NCBI GenBank assembly: GCA_007126035.1
Contig: SLCC01000011.1
Location: 14,286 to 78,285, forward strand
Source of the DNA: Gemmatimonadota bacterium
GTDB taxonomy: Bacteria; Gemmatimonadota; Gemmatimonadetes; Longimicrobiales; RSA9
Direction: 5' to 3'
Length of the DNA: 64,000 bases
The position numbers and the translations under genes are program-made. Below, in pieces: positions 35,267-44,273 of this stretch (its first letter is position 1; each line of letters opens with the position of its first letter). The notes beneath the pieces were generated by a model, which did no database searches, had not been told where the DNA came from, and worked only from the letters and a program-made list of their open reading frames with translations.

Positions 35267-36090
35267 CCCCGCGCCGGCATCAGGACCATGAGGAGCTGGG
35301 TCAGGAAGTAGTTGACCACCAGCACCAGGATCGAGGCCGTCACCACCGCTCGCGTCGTGGCCAGCCCCACTCCCTCCGTGCCGCCCCTCGCCGCCATCCC
35401 GTAATAGCAGCCGGTCAGTGCGATGACGCCGCCGAAGACCAGCGGCTTGGCCAGGCCGACCACGAAGTCCCGGGGGAAGACACCGAAAATGAATCCCGAC
35501 TGGGCCAGGGTGCTCCACACGCCGGACAGGTACACGTCCGCCGATATCCCCACCGCGTACACCGTCACGACCAAGCCGCCGAAGATGCCCACCGCGTTGG
35601 TCACAATCGTCAGGATGGGGAGCATGCTCACCCCTGCGATGATCCGGGGAGTCACCAGCTTCTTGATAGGGTCCGTCCCGAAGCTCTGCAACGCGTCCAG
35701 CTGCTCCGTCACCCGCATGGACCCGATCTCCGCCGCGATGCCCGAGCCCACGCGCCCGGCGAAGATCAGCGCCGCCAGCACCGGGCCCAGCTCCCGCACC
35801 ATGGACACCCCTACCAGGCTCCCCACGTACATGTCCGCGCCGAAGCGCTGGAGCGCCACCGAGCTCTGTAGTGCCAGGACCATGCCCGTGAAGAGGCCGG
35901 TGAGCAGGAGGATGGGCAGCGTCCCGACCCCCATCCGGTCCATCTGGCGCAGGGCGTCTCGCCAGTAGAAGGGACGCGCCACGATGAACCGGGAAGCCCG
36001 GCCCGCCAGTGTGAAGTACTGATACACACCGATGGCCGTGCCCTGAATCCATCCATCGACTTTGGCGACAATGCCAGCCATCCCGTTCAT
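35263..36090 (-). CDS. ABC transporter permease, MlaE-like
   Basis: 275 aa, polytopic, with typical MlaE/YrbE sequence (..FIVARPFYWRDALRQMDRMGVGTLPILLL..). Confidence 0.8.
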   Translation of the reverse strand: MNGMAGIVAKVDGWIQGTAIGVYQYFTLAGRASRFIVARPFYWRDALRQMDRMGVGTLPILLLTGLFTGMVLALQSSVALQRFGADMYVGSLVGVSMVRELGPVLAALIFAGRVGSGIAAEIGSMRVTEQLDALQSFGTDPIKKLVTPRIIAGVSMLPILTIVTNAVGIFGGLVVTVYAVGISADVYLSGVWSTLAQSGFIFGVFPRDFVVGLAKPLVFGGVIALTGCYYGMAARGGTEGVGLATTRAVVTASILVLVVNYFLTQLLMVLMPARG

Positions 36091-36199
36091 CCCGGTTGCC
36101 TCTGCCGGGCTCTGGAGCTTTACACACTGGGGTCCTCAGGGATACCTTCTCGCGGCCCGGTTCGAGCCTGCTCAGACACAAGTTCCGTGCCTGCTGCCG

Positions 36200-37207
36200 A
36201 TGCCGAAAATCGAAATTGAACGAGCTGCCGAGCTACTGGAGCGGATCCGCGGCATCCGTGTCCTGGTGGTAGGCGATCTCATGCTGGACGTCTACCTCCG
36301 GGGCGGCGCCACCAGGATATCACCGGAGGCACCGGTGCCGGTGGTCCGTGTGGACCGGCAGTGGCGCGGGCTGGGCGGTGCGGCCAACGTCGCGGCCAAT
36401 CTCGCGGTCCTGGGTGCGGATACGGAGCTCGTCGGTGTGATCGGTGGGGACGGAGCGGGCGTCGAGTTCGAGCAGGCCTGCGACGAGCTGGGCATTGGCA
36501 GGGTAGGGGCCCGCCCGGTCCCGGGCCGGCCCACTACCGTCAAGACGCGGGTCCTGGTCGGCTACCAGCAGGTAGCGCGGTACGACCGGGAATCAGACGA
36601 TGATCTGGCCCCTGCCGACGCCGAGGCGCTGCGTCGACACGTAGAGAGTGCGGCTGAGGCCGCCAGCGCCATTGTCGTGGAGGACTACGACAAGGGCGTC
36701 ATGGTTCCCGCGGTCATCGAAGCGGCGCTGGACTGCGGCAGGCGCAACGGGATACCGGTGGTGGTGGACCCGAAGGCGAAGCGCTTCTCCCAGTATGCCG
36801 GTTGCACCGTGTTCAAGCCCAATCGGTCCGAGCTGGCGTCGGCGCTGAGGGCCAACGTAAACACCGCCGACGCCGAGTGGATGGAGCGGACGAGGAGGCG
36901 CCTGGAGTGCGACCATCTCCTGGTCACCCTCGGGCAGGACGGTATGGCTTTGATGCCAGGGGACGCGGGTCAGCTCCTGCTCGTGCCCGCCGTGGCCCGC
37001 GCCGTCTACGACGTCTCGGGCGCCGGTGACACGGTCACGGCGGTGGTGACGGCCGTGCTGGCGGCGGGCGGTACCGGCCAGGAGGGTGCAGTGCTCGCCA
37101 CTCACGCCGCAGGCATCGAGGTGGGAAAGGCCGGGGTCGCTACCGTCACGGCCGACGAGATACTGGACAGCCTCCGGGATCACGCCGGTGCGCACATCGA
37201 CTCATAA
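36200..37207 (+). CDS. hldA: D-glycero-beta-D-manno-heptose-7-phosphate kinase (RfaE domain I, PfkB family)
   Basis: Start re-set to [42 protein letters not shown] is the hallmark RfaE-I N-terminus. The C-terminal DVSGAGDT is the PfkB motif. Confidence 0.8.
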   Translation: MPKIEIERAAELLERIRGIRVLVVGDLMLDVYLRGGATRISPEAPVPVVRVDRQWRGLGGAANVAANLAVLGADTELVGVIGGDGAGVEFEQACDELGIGRVGARPVPGRPTTVKTRVLVGYQQVARYDRESDDDLAPADAEALRRHVESAAEAASAIVVEDYDKGVMVPAVIEAALDCGRRNGIPVVVDPKAKRFSQYAGCTVFKPNRSELASALRANVNTADAEWMERTRRRLECDHLLVTLGQDGMALMPGDAGQLLLVPAVARAVYDVSGAGDTVTAVVTAVLAAGGTGQEGAVLATHAAGIEVGKAGVATVTADEILDSLRDHAGAHIDS

Positions 37208-37233
37208 CCCGAATTCCGAGGGAGAGCTACGAT

Positions 37234-37623
37234 ATGTCAGAGTTGAAGAGGATCGAGACGTCCGCGGCCCCCGCCGCCATTGGCCCGTACAGCCAGGCAA
37301 TGAAGGTGGGGGAGCTGGTCTTCACAGCCGGCCAGATCCCACTGGACCCCGAATCAATGGAGCTGGTGGGCGGCAACGACGTGGCCGCCCAGACCGAACA
37401 GGTCATGAAGAACCTGAAGGCGATTCTCGAGAACGCCGGCGCCGGACTGGACACGGTGGTGAAGACCACCGTCTACCTGACCGACATGGCGGATTTCGCC
37501 GCCATGAACGCCGTCTATGGTAGCTTCCTCGACGAGCACCGCCCCGCGCGCGCCACCGTGGAGGTCTGCCGGCTGCCCATGGACGTCCGCATCGAGATCG
37601 ACGCCGTCGCCCTCGTGAAGTAA
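37234..37623 (+). CDS. ridA: RidA/YjgF-family reactive intermediate deaminase
   Basis: 129 aa containing [37 protein letters not shown]. Confidence 0.9.
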   Translation: MSELKRIETSAAPAAIGPYSQAMKVGELVFTAGQIPLDPESMELVGGNDVAAQTEQVMKNLKAILENAGAGLDTVVKTTVYLTDMADFAAMNAVYGSFLDEHRPARATVEVCRLPMDVRIEIDAVALVK

Positions 37624-37691
37624 GGCTGAGGCCACGAAAGGTCGGCGGCGGTCACCTGGTGGGTCGGGTCGTGGGCCGGCCGGCCGCTACC

Positions 37692-39500
37692 TCAGTCTTC
37701 CACCATATACGCCACGCCCCACGCCCCGCGCCCGATATGGGTGGCCAGGACCGGTGTGGCGGGGCCCAGCAGGATGTCTCGTGGCCCGTAGCGTTCCAGG
37801 AGGGCGCCGCGCACCTCCTCCGCGGCGGCGTCGGCGTCCACGTGCACCACACCGAAGCGGAACTCATTGGCGTCGCCGATCCGCTGGTCGAGCATGGCGA
37901 GCACCCGCGGCAGGAGTCTCTCCGCGCCCCGCACCTTGGCTTCGGGTCGGATCGCGCCGGCCTGATCGGTCCCCAGGATCGGCTTGATCCCCAGAACCCG
38001 TGCCAGCCAGCCGCGGCCGCGGCTGACCCGTCCGGATGCGATCAGCCGGTCGAAGGTGTCCAGGGTGAAGAAGATGCCGGACCTGTCCCGGATCCGCTCC
38101 ACCTCGCGCACGATCTCTTCCGGCGGCATGCCCAGCTCGCCCAGCTCCGCCGCCTTCAGCGCCAGCAGCCCCTGGCCCATGGACCCTGCACGGGAGTCGA
38201 CCAGGTGGATCGGCACTCCCTCAACCTGCTTCGCCGCCGTCTGGGCCGATGCGAAGGTGCCGGACAGCGCTCCCGAGATCAGGACCGTGACCAGCGCCTC
38301 ACCGTCCTTCGACGCCCGTTCGTAGGCATCGAAGAACGCCGATGGCGGCGGTTGGGACGTGGTGGGGTGCTCGCCCCGGCGCAGTCGCTCGATGAAGGTA
38401 GCCGGATCGATGTCGATCCCGTCCCGTAACACTCGCTCATCGTAGATCAGGGACAGGGGTACAACGTGGATCCCGTGCGCCCGGACCACTGCCTCGGGCA
38501 GGTCGCACGCGCTGTCGGTTATCACCGTCACCGGCCGCCTCGCCGTCCCGACCCGGCCCCGGCCCACCGCCTGGTGCTGGGCGACCATGTCCTCGGCCTT
38601 GTGGGACTCGAGCCGGCCCACGCCCCGGAGATAGGTCAGGACCCCGTCGGGGTCATCGGTGTGGACGTGGACCTTGAGCAGGTCGGCGCTGCGGATCACG
38701 ATCAGCGAGTCACCCATGTCCCTCAGCACCGAACGCACCACCGGCTCCGCCGGCAGCGTGTCCCCCCGGACCAGGACCTCGGTGCAGTAGCGGAAGCCCC
38801 CACCTTCCCTGGGGAACTCGGCGCTGGCCACTGGCTCTGCGTCACCGAACTCCACAGGGGCTTCGGAAGCGGCTACAGGATCGCCGTGGATCAGGGCGCC
38901 CACTCCCTCCAGCCAGTGGACGAAGCCCTTGGCCCCCGCGTCCACCACTCCCGCCTTCCGCAGCGTGGGCAGCAGGTCCGGTGTCCGGGCCAGCGCGTCG
39001 CGGGCACGAGCCAGGATCTGGGTGTGGAACACCGTCAGGTCCGAGGTGGTGCTCCGCTCCGCTTCCTCCGCCGTCTCCCGCATCACCGTGAGCATGGTCC
39101 CTTCCACGGGCTTCTCCAGCGCGCCGTAGATGTGATCAGCGGCGTGACGGAGGGCCCGCTTCAGGTCGTCCACGTTGACGCGGCTCCGCTCCCGCAGCGC
39201 TTCGGAGAACCCGATGAGCCAGTGGGAGAGGATCATCCCGCAGTTGCCCCGGGCGCCCATGATCCCCGCGGACGCGGCTGCCCGCGCTACCGAGCCCGCG
39301 TCGTGGTCCTGGTTGCGGCGTAGCTCGTCGGCGACCGACGACACGGTCAGCGCCAGGTTGGTGCCGGTGTCGCCGTCGGGGACAGGGAAGACGTTGATCC
39401 GGTTCAGCTCCGCCTTCGATTCGCGGGCATGCTCACACGCCGCCAACAGTGCCCGGCGTAGTCGCTCACCATCGAGGTACCGGATCTTCATGGCCGTCAT
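37692..39500 (-). CDS. Dak2 (FakA-type N + middle domains) fused to a bona fide DegV/FakB fatty-acid-binding domain
   Basis: The N-terminal INVFPVPDGDTGTNL is Dak2. The middle segment has YCTEVLV..GDSLIVI..KVHVHTDDP. The C-terminal ~290 aa are textbook DegV (VITDSACDLP, TSQPPP, ISGALSGTF, VDSRAGSMGQG). Confidence 0.8.
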   Translation of the reverse strand: MTAMKIRYLDGERLRRALLAACEHARESKAELNRINVFPVPDGDTGTNLALTVSSVADELRRNQDHDAGSVARAAASAGIMGARGNCGMILSHWLIGFSEALRERSRVNVDDLKRALRHAADHIYGALEKPVEGTMLTVMRETAEEAERSTTSDLTVFHTQILARARDALARTPDLLPTLRKAGVVDAGAKGFVHWLEGVGALIHGDPVAASEAPVEFGDAEPVASAEFPREGGGFRYCTEVLVRGDTLPAEPVVRSVLRDMGDSLIVIRSADLLKVHVHTDDPDGVLTYLRGVGRLESHKAEDMVAQHQAVGRGRVGTARRPVTVITDSACDLPEAVVRAHGIHVVPLSLIYDERVLRDGIDIDPATFIERLRRGEHPTTSQPPPSAFFDAYERASKDGEALVTVLISGALSGTFASAQTAAKQVEGVPIHLVDSRAGSMGQGLLALKAAELGELGMPPEEIVREVERIRDRSGIFFTLDTFDRLIASGRVSRGRGWLARVLGIKPILGTDQAGAIRPEAKVRGAERLLPRVLAMLDQRIGDANEFRFGVVHVDADAAAEEVRGALLERYGPRDILLGPATPVLATHIGRGAWGVAYMVED

Positions 39501-39533
39501 AATACAGCATCTCTCCCGGCGGGCAATGTCCGG

Positions 39534-40934
39534 TCAGGAAGTCCGGCCCGCGCCGTCCAGGGCCTGGAGCGCGCGGCGGGCCGCGTCCTCCACCTTACCC
39601 AGGTCTGTCGGGTCCTCGATCCGCCGGCGGGCGTCCCTCATGATGGCACCCACCTGCCCCTCTACCGGCTTGGTAGCGTCACGGGGAAGCAGCTCCCCGA
39701 GTTGGGCCAGACGGTCCAGTAGCGCGGCCGCGAACTGGGGGTTGCCCACCCCGAAATGGCGGATCTGGTCGAAGGCCGTGTCCACCAACCGCTCGAATTC
39801 CGTTCTGGGCAGGATCAGAACGCCGCCGTTCTCCCGCCGTCGGACCCGGCCGGGGGAGCCGTGGTGCGCCAGGGCCAGCAGGATCTCCGCCAGCCTGTCC
39901 ACGCAGAGTACCGCCGTCGTCGGGTCGTTCACGGAAGGGGACAACCCCTTTATCGCCATGTCCACCAGCTCGATCACCCCGTGCTCTATGTCCATGTACT
40001 GCGTGCGTTCCACACCCAGGATGTAGGACCGCCGGACGCTGTCCGCCACTTCGCCATCGTCCTGGACAGTAGCCGGCCACACCCTGCCCAGCACCGATCC
40101 GGTCAGCACGAAGTCGCCCACCTCCCGGTCCAGCCTTATGGTCAGCATCTCCTTGTCGAGCAGGGCCGAAATACCGTGCGGGTCGATACCCTGCACATAG
40201 CCGCTCTCCCGCGCCGTCACGATCGTGCCCTGGGCCCGGGGCGTCACTCCTTCCACCCTCATTTCCGCCGGCTCGCCGAAACGCTCAGGCACCAGACGCT
40301 TCATGGTGTCCAGCGTGTCCCTCGTTACCCGATGGATGATCACCGACGCCTGGATCGACCGGGCCAGGTGGTTGATGAAGAAGATCAGGAAGCCGATGCT
40401 CACCAACGTCAGGATCACCGCCACCACGATTGACAGGTGGGGTATGAAGTAGTCCTCCTCCTCCAATGCTACCGGGTCCTCACCACGGACCACCCGCAGC
40501 ACCAGCAAGGCGTAGGTGAACGTGCCGATGAACACGCCCAGCACCACCTGGCTGGCCCGGTCGCCGACGAAGTTCCTGAGCACACGGGGCGAGTACTGCG
40601 TCGATGCCAGCTGGAGCGCCACGATGGTCACCGAGAAGACCACGCCTGTCACGGTGATGATGCCCTGTGCGATGGCCGTGAGCACCCCGCGGGCTCCGGC
40701 AGACGAACCCGTGTACAGCCAGACGGGGTCGTCTCGCTCTGGCAGGATCCCACGGTAGTCCAGCTCCACCATGAGCACCGCCAGCGCAATGCCCACCAGC
40801 GTGAGAAGCGCAGGCAGAAACCAGAGGCTGTCCTGGATGCTCTTCCAGATCGCGCCCAGCTTGTTGATACCCACGGCCACCCCCGAGGTGTGATGTGCCA
40901 ACGCAGACCGCCGTAGCCTCCGCGGCGGCTCCAC
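39534..40934 (-). CDS. DUF2254-family membrane protein
   Basis: 466 aa. The N-terminal 4-TM region begins IWKSIQDSLWFLPALL. It is followed by a large soluble domain, an architecture I associate with DUF2254. Confidence 0.6.
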   Translation of the reverse strand: MEPPRRLRRSALAHHTSGVAVGINKLGAIWKSIQDSLWFLPALLTLVGIALAVLMVELDYRGILPERDDPVWLYTGSSAGARGVLTAIAQGIITVTGVVFSVTIVALQLASTQYSPRVLRNFVGDRASQVVLGVFIGTFTYALLVLRVVRGEDPVALEEEDYFIPHLSIVVAVILTLVSIGFLIFFINHLARSIQASVIIHRVTRDTLDTMKRLVPERFGEPAEMRVEGVTPRAQGTIVTARESGYVQGIDPHGISALLDKEMLTIRLDREVGDFVLTGSVLGRVWPATVQDDGEVADSVRRSYILGVERTQYMDIEHGVIELVDMAIKGLSPSVNDPTTAVLCVDRLAEILLALAHHGSPGRVRRRENGGVLILPRTEFERLVDTAFDQIRHFGVGNPQFAAALLDRLAQLGELLPRDATKPVEGQVGAIMRDARRRIEDPTDLGKVEDAARRALQALDGAGRTS

Positions 40935-40956
40935 AACCGGGCAGGTTGCGTGCCCG

Positions 40957-41853
40957 TCAGCCCCGCCGCGCCAGACCCGCCGTGGCCAGGACTATCACCA
41001 GCGCACCGGCACCGCCCCAGAAGTCGGGGAACTCGGCGAAGAAGATCAGACCCCATACGGCGGCGAATACTATCTGCATGTACCCGACGGCCATGGCACG
41101 ACCCGCCTGCTCCTCACGCAGGCCCTTGGTCAGGAATACCTGCGCCGCCTGCGTCACAACACCGATACCCGCCAGCGCCACCCACTCCCACCCTGTGGGC
41201 AGCACCGGGTTCACCGCCGTGAGCGGGATCGAGCCCGCAGTCGCCACCAGGGCGAAATAGAATACGATGACCACCGGGTCCTCCGTGCGGCTCAGCCGAC
41301 GGACCGTCACGTACGCCCCGGCGCTGAACACCGCACCCGCCAGCGCCACGATCACCGCCACCGGGTCAAGACCCGCGTCCAGCCCGCCGAACAGCACCGC
41401 GGGACGCGTCATGAGGACCACGCCGCCCAGGCTCACAAGGACCAGCAGCAGGTCACGAGGCCGGATCAGCTCCGCCAGGAAGATGGCCGCCAGCACCGCC
41501 GTGAAGACCGGATTCGTGTACTGGATGACCGTCGCCTCCGCCAACGGCAGATGCACCAGCGCATAGAAGAAACAGCTGAGGCCCGCGTAGCCCAGAAGGC
41601 CACGGGCAAGAAGCAGCCACCTTCGCTCCCCCCAGAGGGAGATGCCACGCCGGCGCAACGAATACACGCATATGGCAAGGCCGACTGACGAGCGCGCCAG
41701 CACCACCTCCTGCACCGGTAGACGCTGTCCCGCGACCTTCACCAGCAGGCTCATGATGCTGAAGAACAACGCCGCCGCCGCCATGTAGCGGATGCCGAGG
41801 GCGACACCGGGCAGCAACGTCCCAGAGGGTCGTGGGGCAGGTTCAACACTCAT
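40957..41853 (-). CDS. EamA/DMT-superfamily transporter
   Basis: 298 aa with ten hydrophobic segments in a duplicated EamA pattern. Confidence 0.75.
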   Translation of the reverse strand: MSVEPAPRPSGTLLPGVALGIRYMAAAALFFSIMSLLVKVAGQRLPVQEVVLARSSVGLAICVYSLRRRGISLWGERRWLLLARGLLGYAGLSCFFYALVHLPLAEATVIQYTNPVFTAVLAAIFLAELIRPRDLLLVLVSLGGVVLMTRPAVLFGGLDAGLDPVAVIVALAGAVFSAGAYVTVRRLSRTEDPVVIVFYFALVATAGSIPLTAVNPVLPTGWEWVALAGIGVVTQAAQVFLTKGLREEQAGRAMAVGYMQIVFAAVWGLIFFAEFPDFWGGAGALVIVLATAGLARRG

Positions 41854-42103
41854 CCAAAACGCTCACCAATCACTGCGTCGAGCGCCGAAGCTACCAGCCC
41901 GACGGTCCGCCTGCCAGCGCAGGAGGAAATGAGCATGGGTGGTGCGGGGCGGTCGGAGTTCGGGAAAGGAGGGAGCAATGAGCCTGGAACAGAGAGTCGC
42001 CAGCCGCAGGAGAGCACCCCGCCGCCTGAGCCGGCCTGCCCCCAACCCGCCAAGGGCCCCCGGACCCAGGCTCACCGCCGAGGCCAGGCAAACACCTCCC
42101 CTC

Positions 42104-42132
42104 TTGACCTTCCGTTGACCTAGGGGGTAATC
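42104..42132 (+). promoter_or_regulatory. candidate sigma70-type promoter with TTGACCT direct repeat
   Basis: TTGACC (42104-42109), a 17-nt spacer, then GTAATC (42127-42132). A second TTGACCT at 42115-42121 makes a direct repeat with 11-nt periodicity. AGGAG RBS before ATG 42176. Confidence 0.35.
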
Positions 42133-42175
42133 GATCCCGGTAGAGGAATGATTATCGTTATCTGGTAGGAGAATC

Positions 42176-42703
42176 ATGCGGACAAGAGCTTTGATACCGC
42201 TGGCCATGGTTACGGCGATCTTTGCGCTCACGGGGTGTGACGGGGCGCAGGAGTCGCGGCCCTCCGTGGAGCCGACCGCCGCGGAGCAGTCGGACGCGGA
42301 CATGGTGGTATACAAGTCACCTGCGTGCGGGTGCTGCGACCTGTGGATCGACCATGTGGAAGAGAACGGCTTCAGTGTAGCCACGGTGGACATAGTGGAG
42401 TACGACGCCATCGTGGCGCAGAAGCGTGAGCATGGCGTGGCCCTGGACCTGGGATCGTGCCACACCACCGTGGTGGGAGGCTACGTGGTTGAGGGTCATG
42501 TACCGGCACATGTGATCCAACGGCTGCTGGAGGAGCAGCCCGACATCCACGGGATTGCCGTGCCCGGCATGCCTATCGGCTCGCCCGGGATGGCGGGCCC
42601 GAATCCCATGCCCTACCAGGTGATAGCTATAGGGCGGGATGGCTCGCGTAGCATCTTCGAGACGGTCGATCCCCGTCTGGGTGACGGAGGAAGCGGGCAA
42701 TAG
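42176..42703 (+). CDS. DUF411-family (CopG-like) periplasmic metal-binding protein
   Basis: Lipoprotein signal (LTGC). Contains YKSPACGCCDLW..GSCHTT..GHVPA and a Met-rich GMPIGSPGM. Confidence 0.8.
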   Translation: MRTRALIPLAMVTAIFALTGCDGAQESRPSVEPTAAEQSDADMVVYKSPACGCCDLWIDHVEENGFSVATVDIVEYDAIVAQKREHGVALDLGSCHTTVVGGYVVEGHVPAHVIQRLLEEQPDIHGIAVPGMPIGSPGMAGPNPMPYQVIAIGRDGSRSIFETVDPRLGDGGSGQ

Positions 42704-42721
42704 AGCCGGCCTCTTCTGGTG

Positions 42722-43132
42722 CTACCGCACGCGCCCCGAGTAGACTGCGTAGCTGGACATGGGTAACCAGTTCTCAAGGTTCCACTCGATTCGTTCTCCT
42801 GGTCGTACCAGGATCTCGTCCGTCATATGTGTGCGCGTGGAGCCGATGGGCGAAGCCATGAGCCTGATGCTGCCCGCCCCCGCGATCATCGTGTCAGGCA
42901 CCCGGAACGTCCTGGTTTCATTGCTCTCCACCGTCCCCAGCCGGGAGCGCATGGACGAGCGCACCGCGTAGACGTTGATCGTCGCCCAGTTGTGGTTCGA
43001 AACCTCAACCGTGGCAGGCGCCTGAGACGGGGAATCAGTCCCGGACGTCCTATCCACGTGAGCGCACCCGCTCAACAGCATGACCGCAGCCGCTACGGGC
43101 AATCCGCCCCGGATCATTTTATTCATAGCCAA
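42722..43132 (-). CDS. hypothetical lipoprotein
   Basis: 136 aa with signal peptide and lipobox (AAVMLLSGC). No recognisable family. Confidence 0.55.
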   Translation of the reverse strand: MAMNKMIRGGLPVAAAVMLLSGCAHVDRTSGTDSPSQAPATVEVSNHNWATINVYAVRSSMRSRLGTVESNETRTFRVPDTMIAGAGSIRLMASPIGSTRTHMTDEILVRPGERIEWNLENWLPMSSYAVYSGRVR

Positions 43133-43165
43133 CCTCTAATGCTGCTGCTCAAAGTCTTCATAGCG

Positions 43166-43190
43166 AAAAAGGGCGCCTTCCAGCGCCCTT
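43166..43190 (-). terminator. intrinsic terminator on the minus strand
   Basis: The minus strand reads AAGGGCGC-TGGAAG-GCGCCCTTTTTCGC: a GC stem (43171-43176 / 43183-43188) followed by a T5 run (complement of 43166-43170). It sits upstream of, not after, the minus-strand lipoprotein gene. Confidence 0.6.
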
Positions 43191-43374
43191 CACCTGTCTC
43201 CTGTGGGAAGCCCCGATCCAGGCCTTCCCCGCCCCTTCCCAGGTGCACGTTGCATGCCGCCGGGAAATGCCTAAGTGTCGGTGCAGCAACGCCTTAGCGG
43301 GGCAGCGGAGCACGTCGTTGCTTGCCCGGTATACACGGTTGGTGTACCATCAGTGTCCGGCCTGTAACGGCCGA

Positions 43375-43468
43375 GGGGGTGCATGGGGCCTGGTGGTCCT
43401 CGGCGGCTTCAAACCGTCTGCGGCGACCCACGGGGTTGCTGGGTGGGTTCGATTCCCACACACTCCCG
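43375..43468 (+). tRNA. selC: tRNA-Sec (anticodon TCA)
   Basis: Hand-folded. Acceptor GGGGGTGC / ACACTCCC (7 bp plus a terminal C-A mismatch). 6-bp D-stem GGGGCC/GGTCCT with the 4-nt loop TGGT. Anticodon stem GGCGG/CCGTC with loop CTTCAAA (TCA at 43409-43411). Long extra arm GCGACCC-ACG-GGGTTGC. T-arm GTGGG-TTCGATT-CCCAC. Discriminator G; CCA not encoded. Confidence 0.75.
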
Positions 43469-43566
43469 TGAATGGGGAGGGACGTTCGTCACCGCTGTCC
43501 ACATGTTCGACCCATGCCACGAAGTCGCCAGGTACCGAAGTGGCGATCTGAGGTTACACCACCTCC

Positions 43567-44241
43567 ATGCGGATCACCAAGATTACCGTTCATGCCCGCC
43601 GGGAACGGGCGGTCATCCATGTGGACGAGGAGGACGAGCCCCGTACGGAGCTGGCGCTGGACCTCGTGGTCCGTTCGGGACTGGTGGTGGGCGACCTTCT
43701 CGATGCCGGGCGGCTCGAGGAGCTGGAGGCCGAGGACCAGGTGCTTCTGGCCCGTGACGCGTCGCTCCGCCTCCTGGCCCATCGGGCCAGGTCGGAACAG
43801 GAGGTCCGCCGGCGCCTGGCGGCGCGAAGCATTCCCGACCGGGTGGTGGAGGACACCATCTCCTGGCTCGACGAGCGAGGTTATCTGGACGACCGCGCCT
43901 TCGCCGAATCCTTCGTGCGAGACCGGCTCCGGTTCCGTCCCCGGGGTCGACGGGCCTTGATACAAGAGCTTCGACGCAGAGGTGTGGACGAATCCACGGC
44001 GGTCACCGCCATCGAGTCGGTCCTGGCCGGCGACGAAGTGGATGAGGCGGTCCTGGCGCTGGAGGCCGCCCGGGCCTGGGCCCGCAAGAATGGCGACCTG
44101 CTGCGGGCGTCGGGCCGCACGGCGGAGGACGGTCATCGGGCCAGGCGGCGGCTGTACGGTCACCTGGTTCGTCGCGGCTTCGATCCTGGCGCGGTGAGCA
44201 CCGCCGTCGCCACCATTCTGGATGAAGTGGGCAGCGATTGA
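43567..44241 (+). CDS. recX: recombination regulator RecX
   Basis: 224 aa with a three-repeat helical pattern (..AHRARSEQEVRRRLAARSIPDRVVEDTISWLDERGYLDDRAFAESFVRDR..RGRRALIQELRRRGV..). Confidence 0.8.
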   Translation: MRITKITVHARRERAVIHVDEEDEPRTELALDLVVRSGLVVGDLLDAGRLEELEAEDQVLLARDASLRLLAHRARSEQEVRRRLAARSIPDRVVEDTISWLDERGYLDDRAFAESFVRDRLRFRPRGRRALIQELRRRGVDESTAVTAIESVLAGDEVDEAVLALEAARAWARKNGDLLRASGRTAEDGHRARRRLYGHLVRRGFDPGAVSTAVATILDEVGSD

Positions 44242-44273
44242 CCTGCTGCTGCGGCGCCTGTAGCATCAGGTCC

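Noticed and set aside
43375-43566. tRNA-Sec as an integration hotspot or genomic-island border.
   Set aside because: No integrase, no direct repeat of the tRNA 3' end and no composition shift were seen within several kb on either side. The flanking genes are ordinary chromosomal genes.
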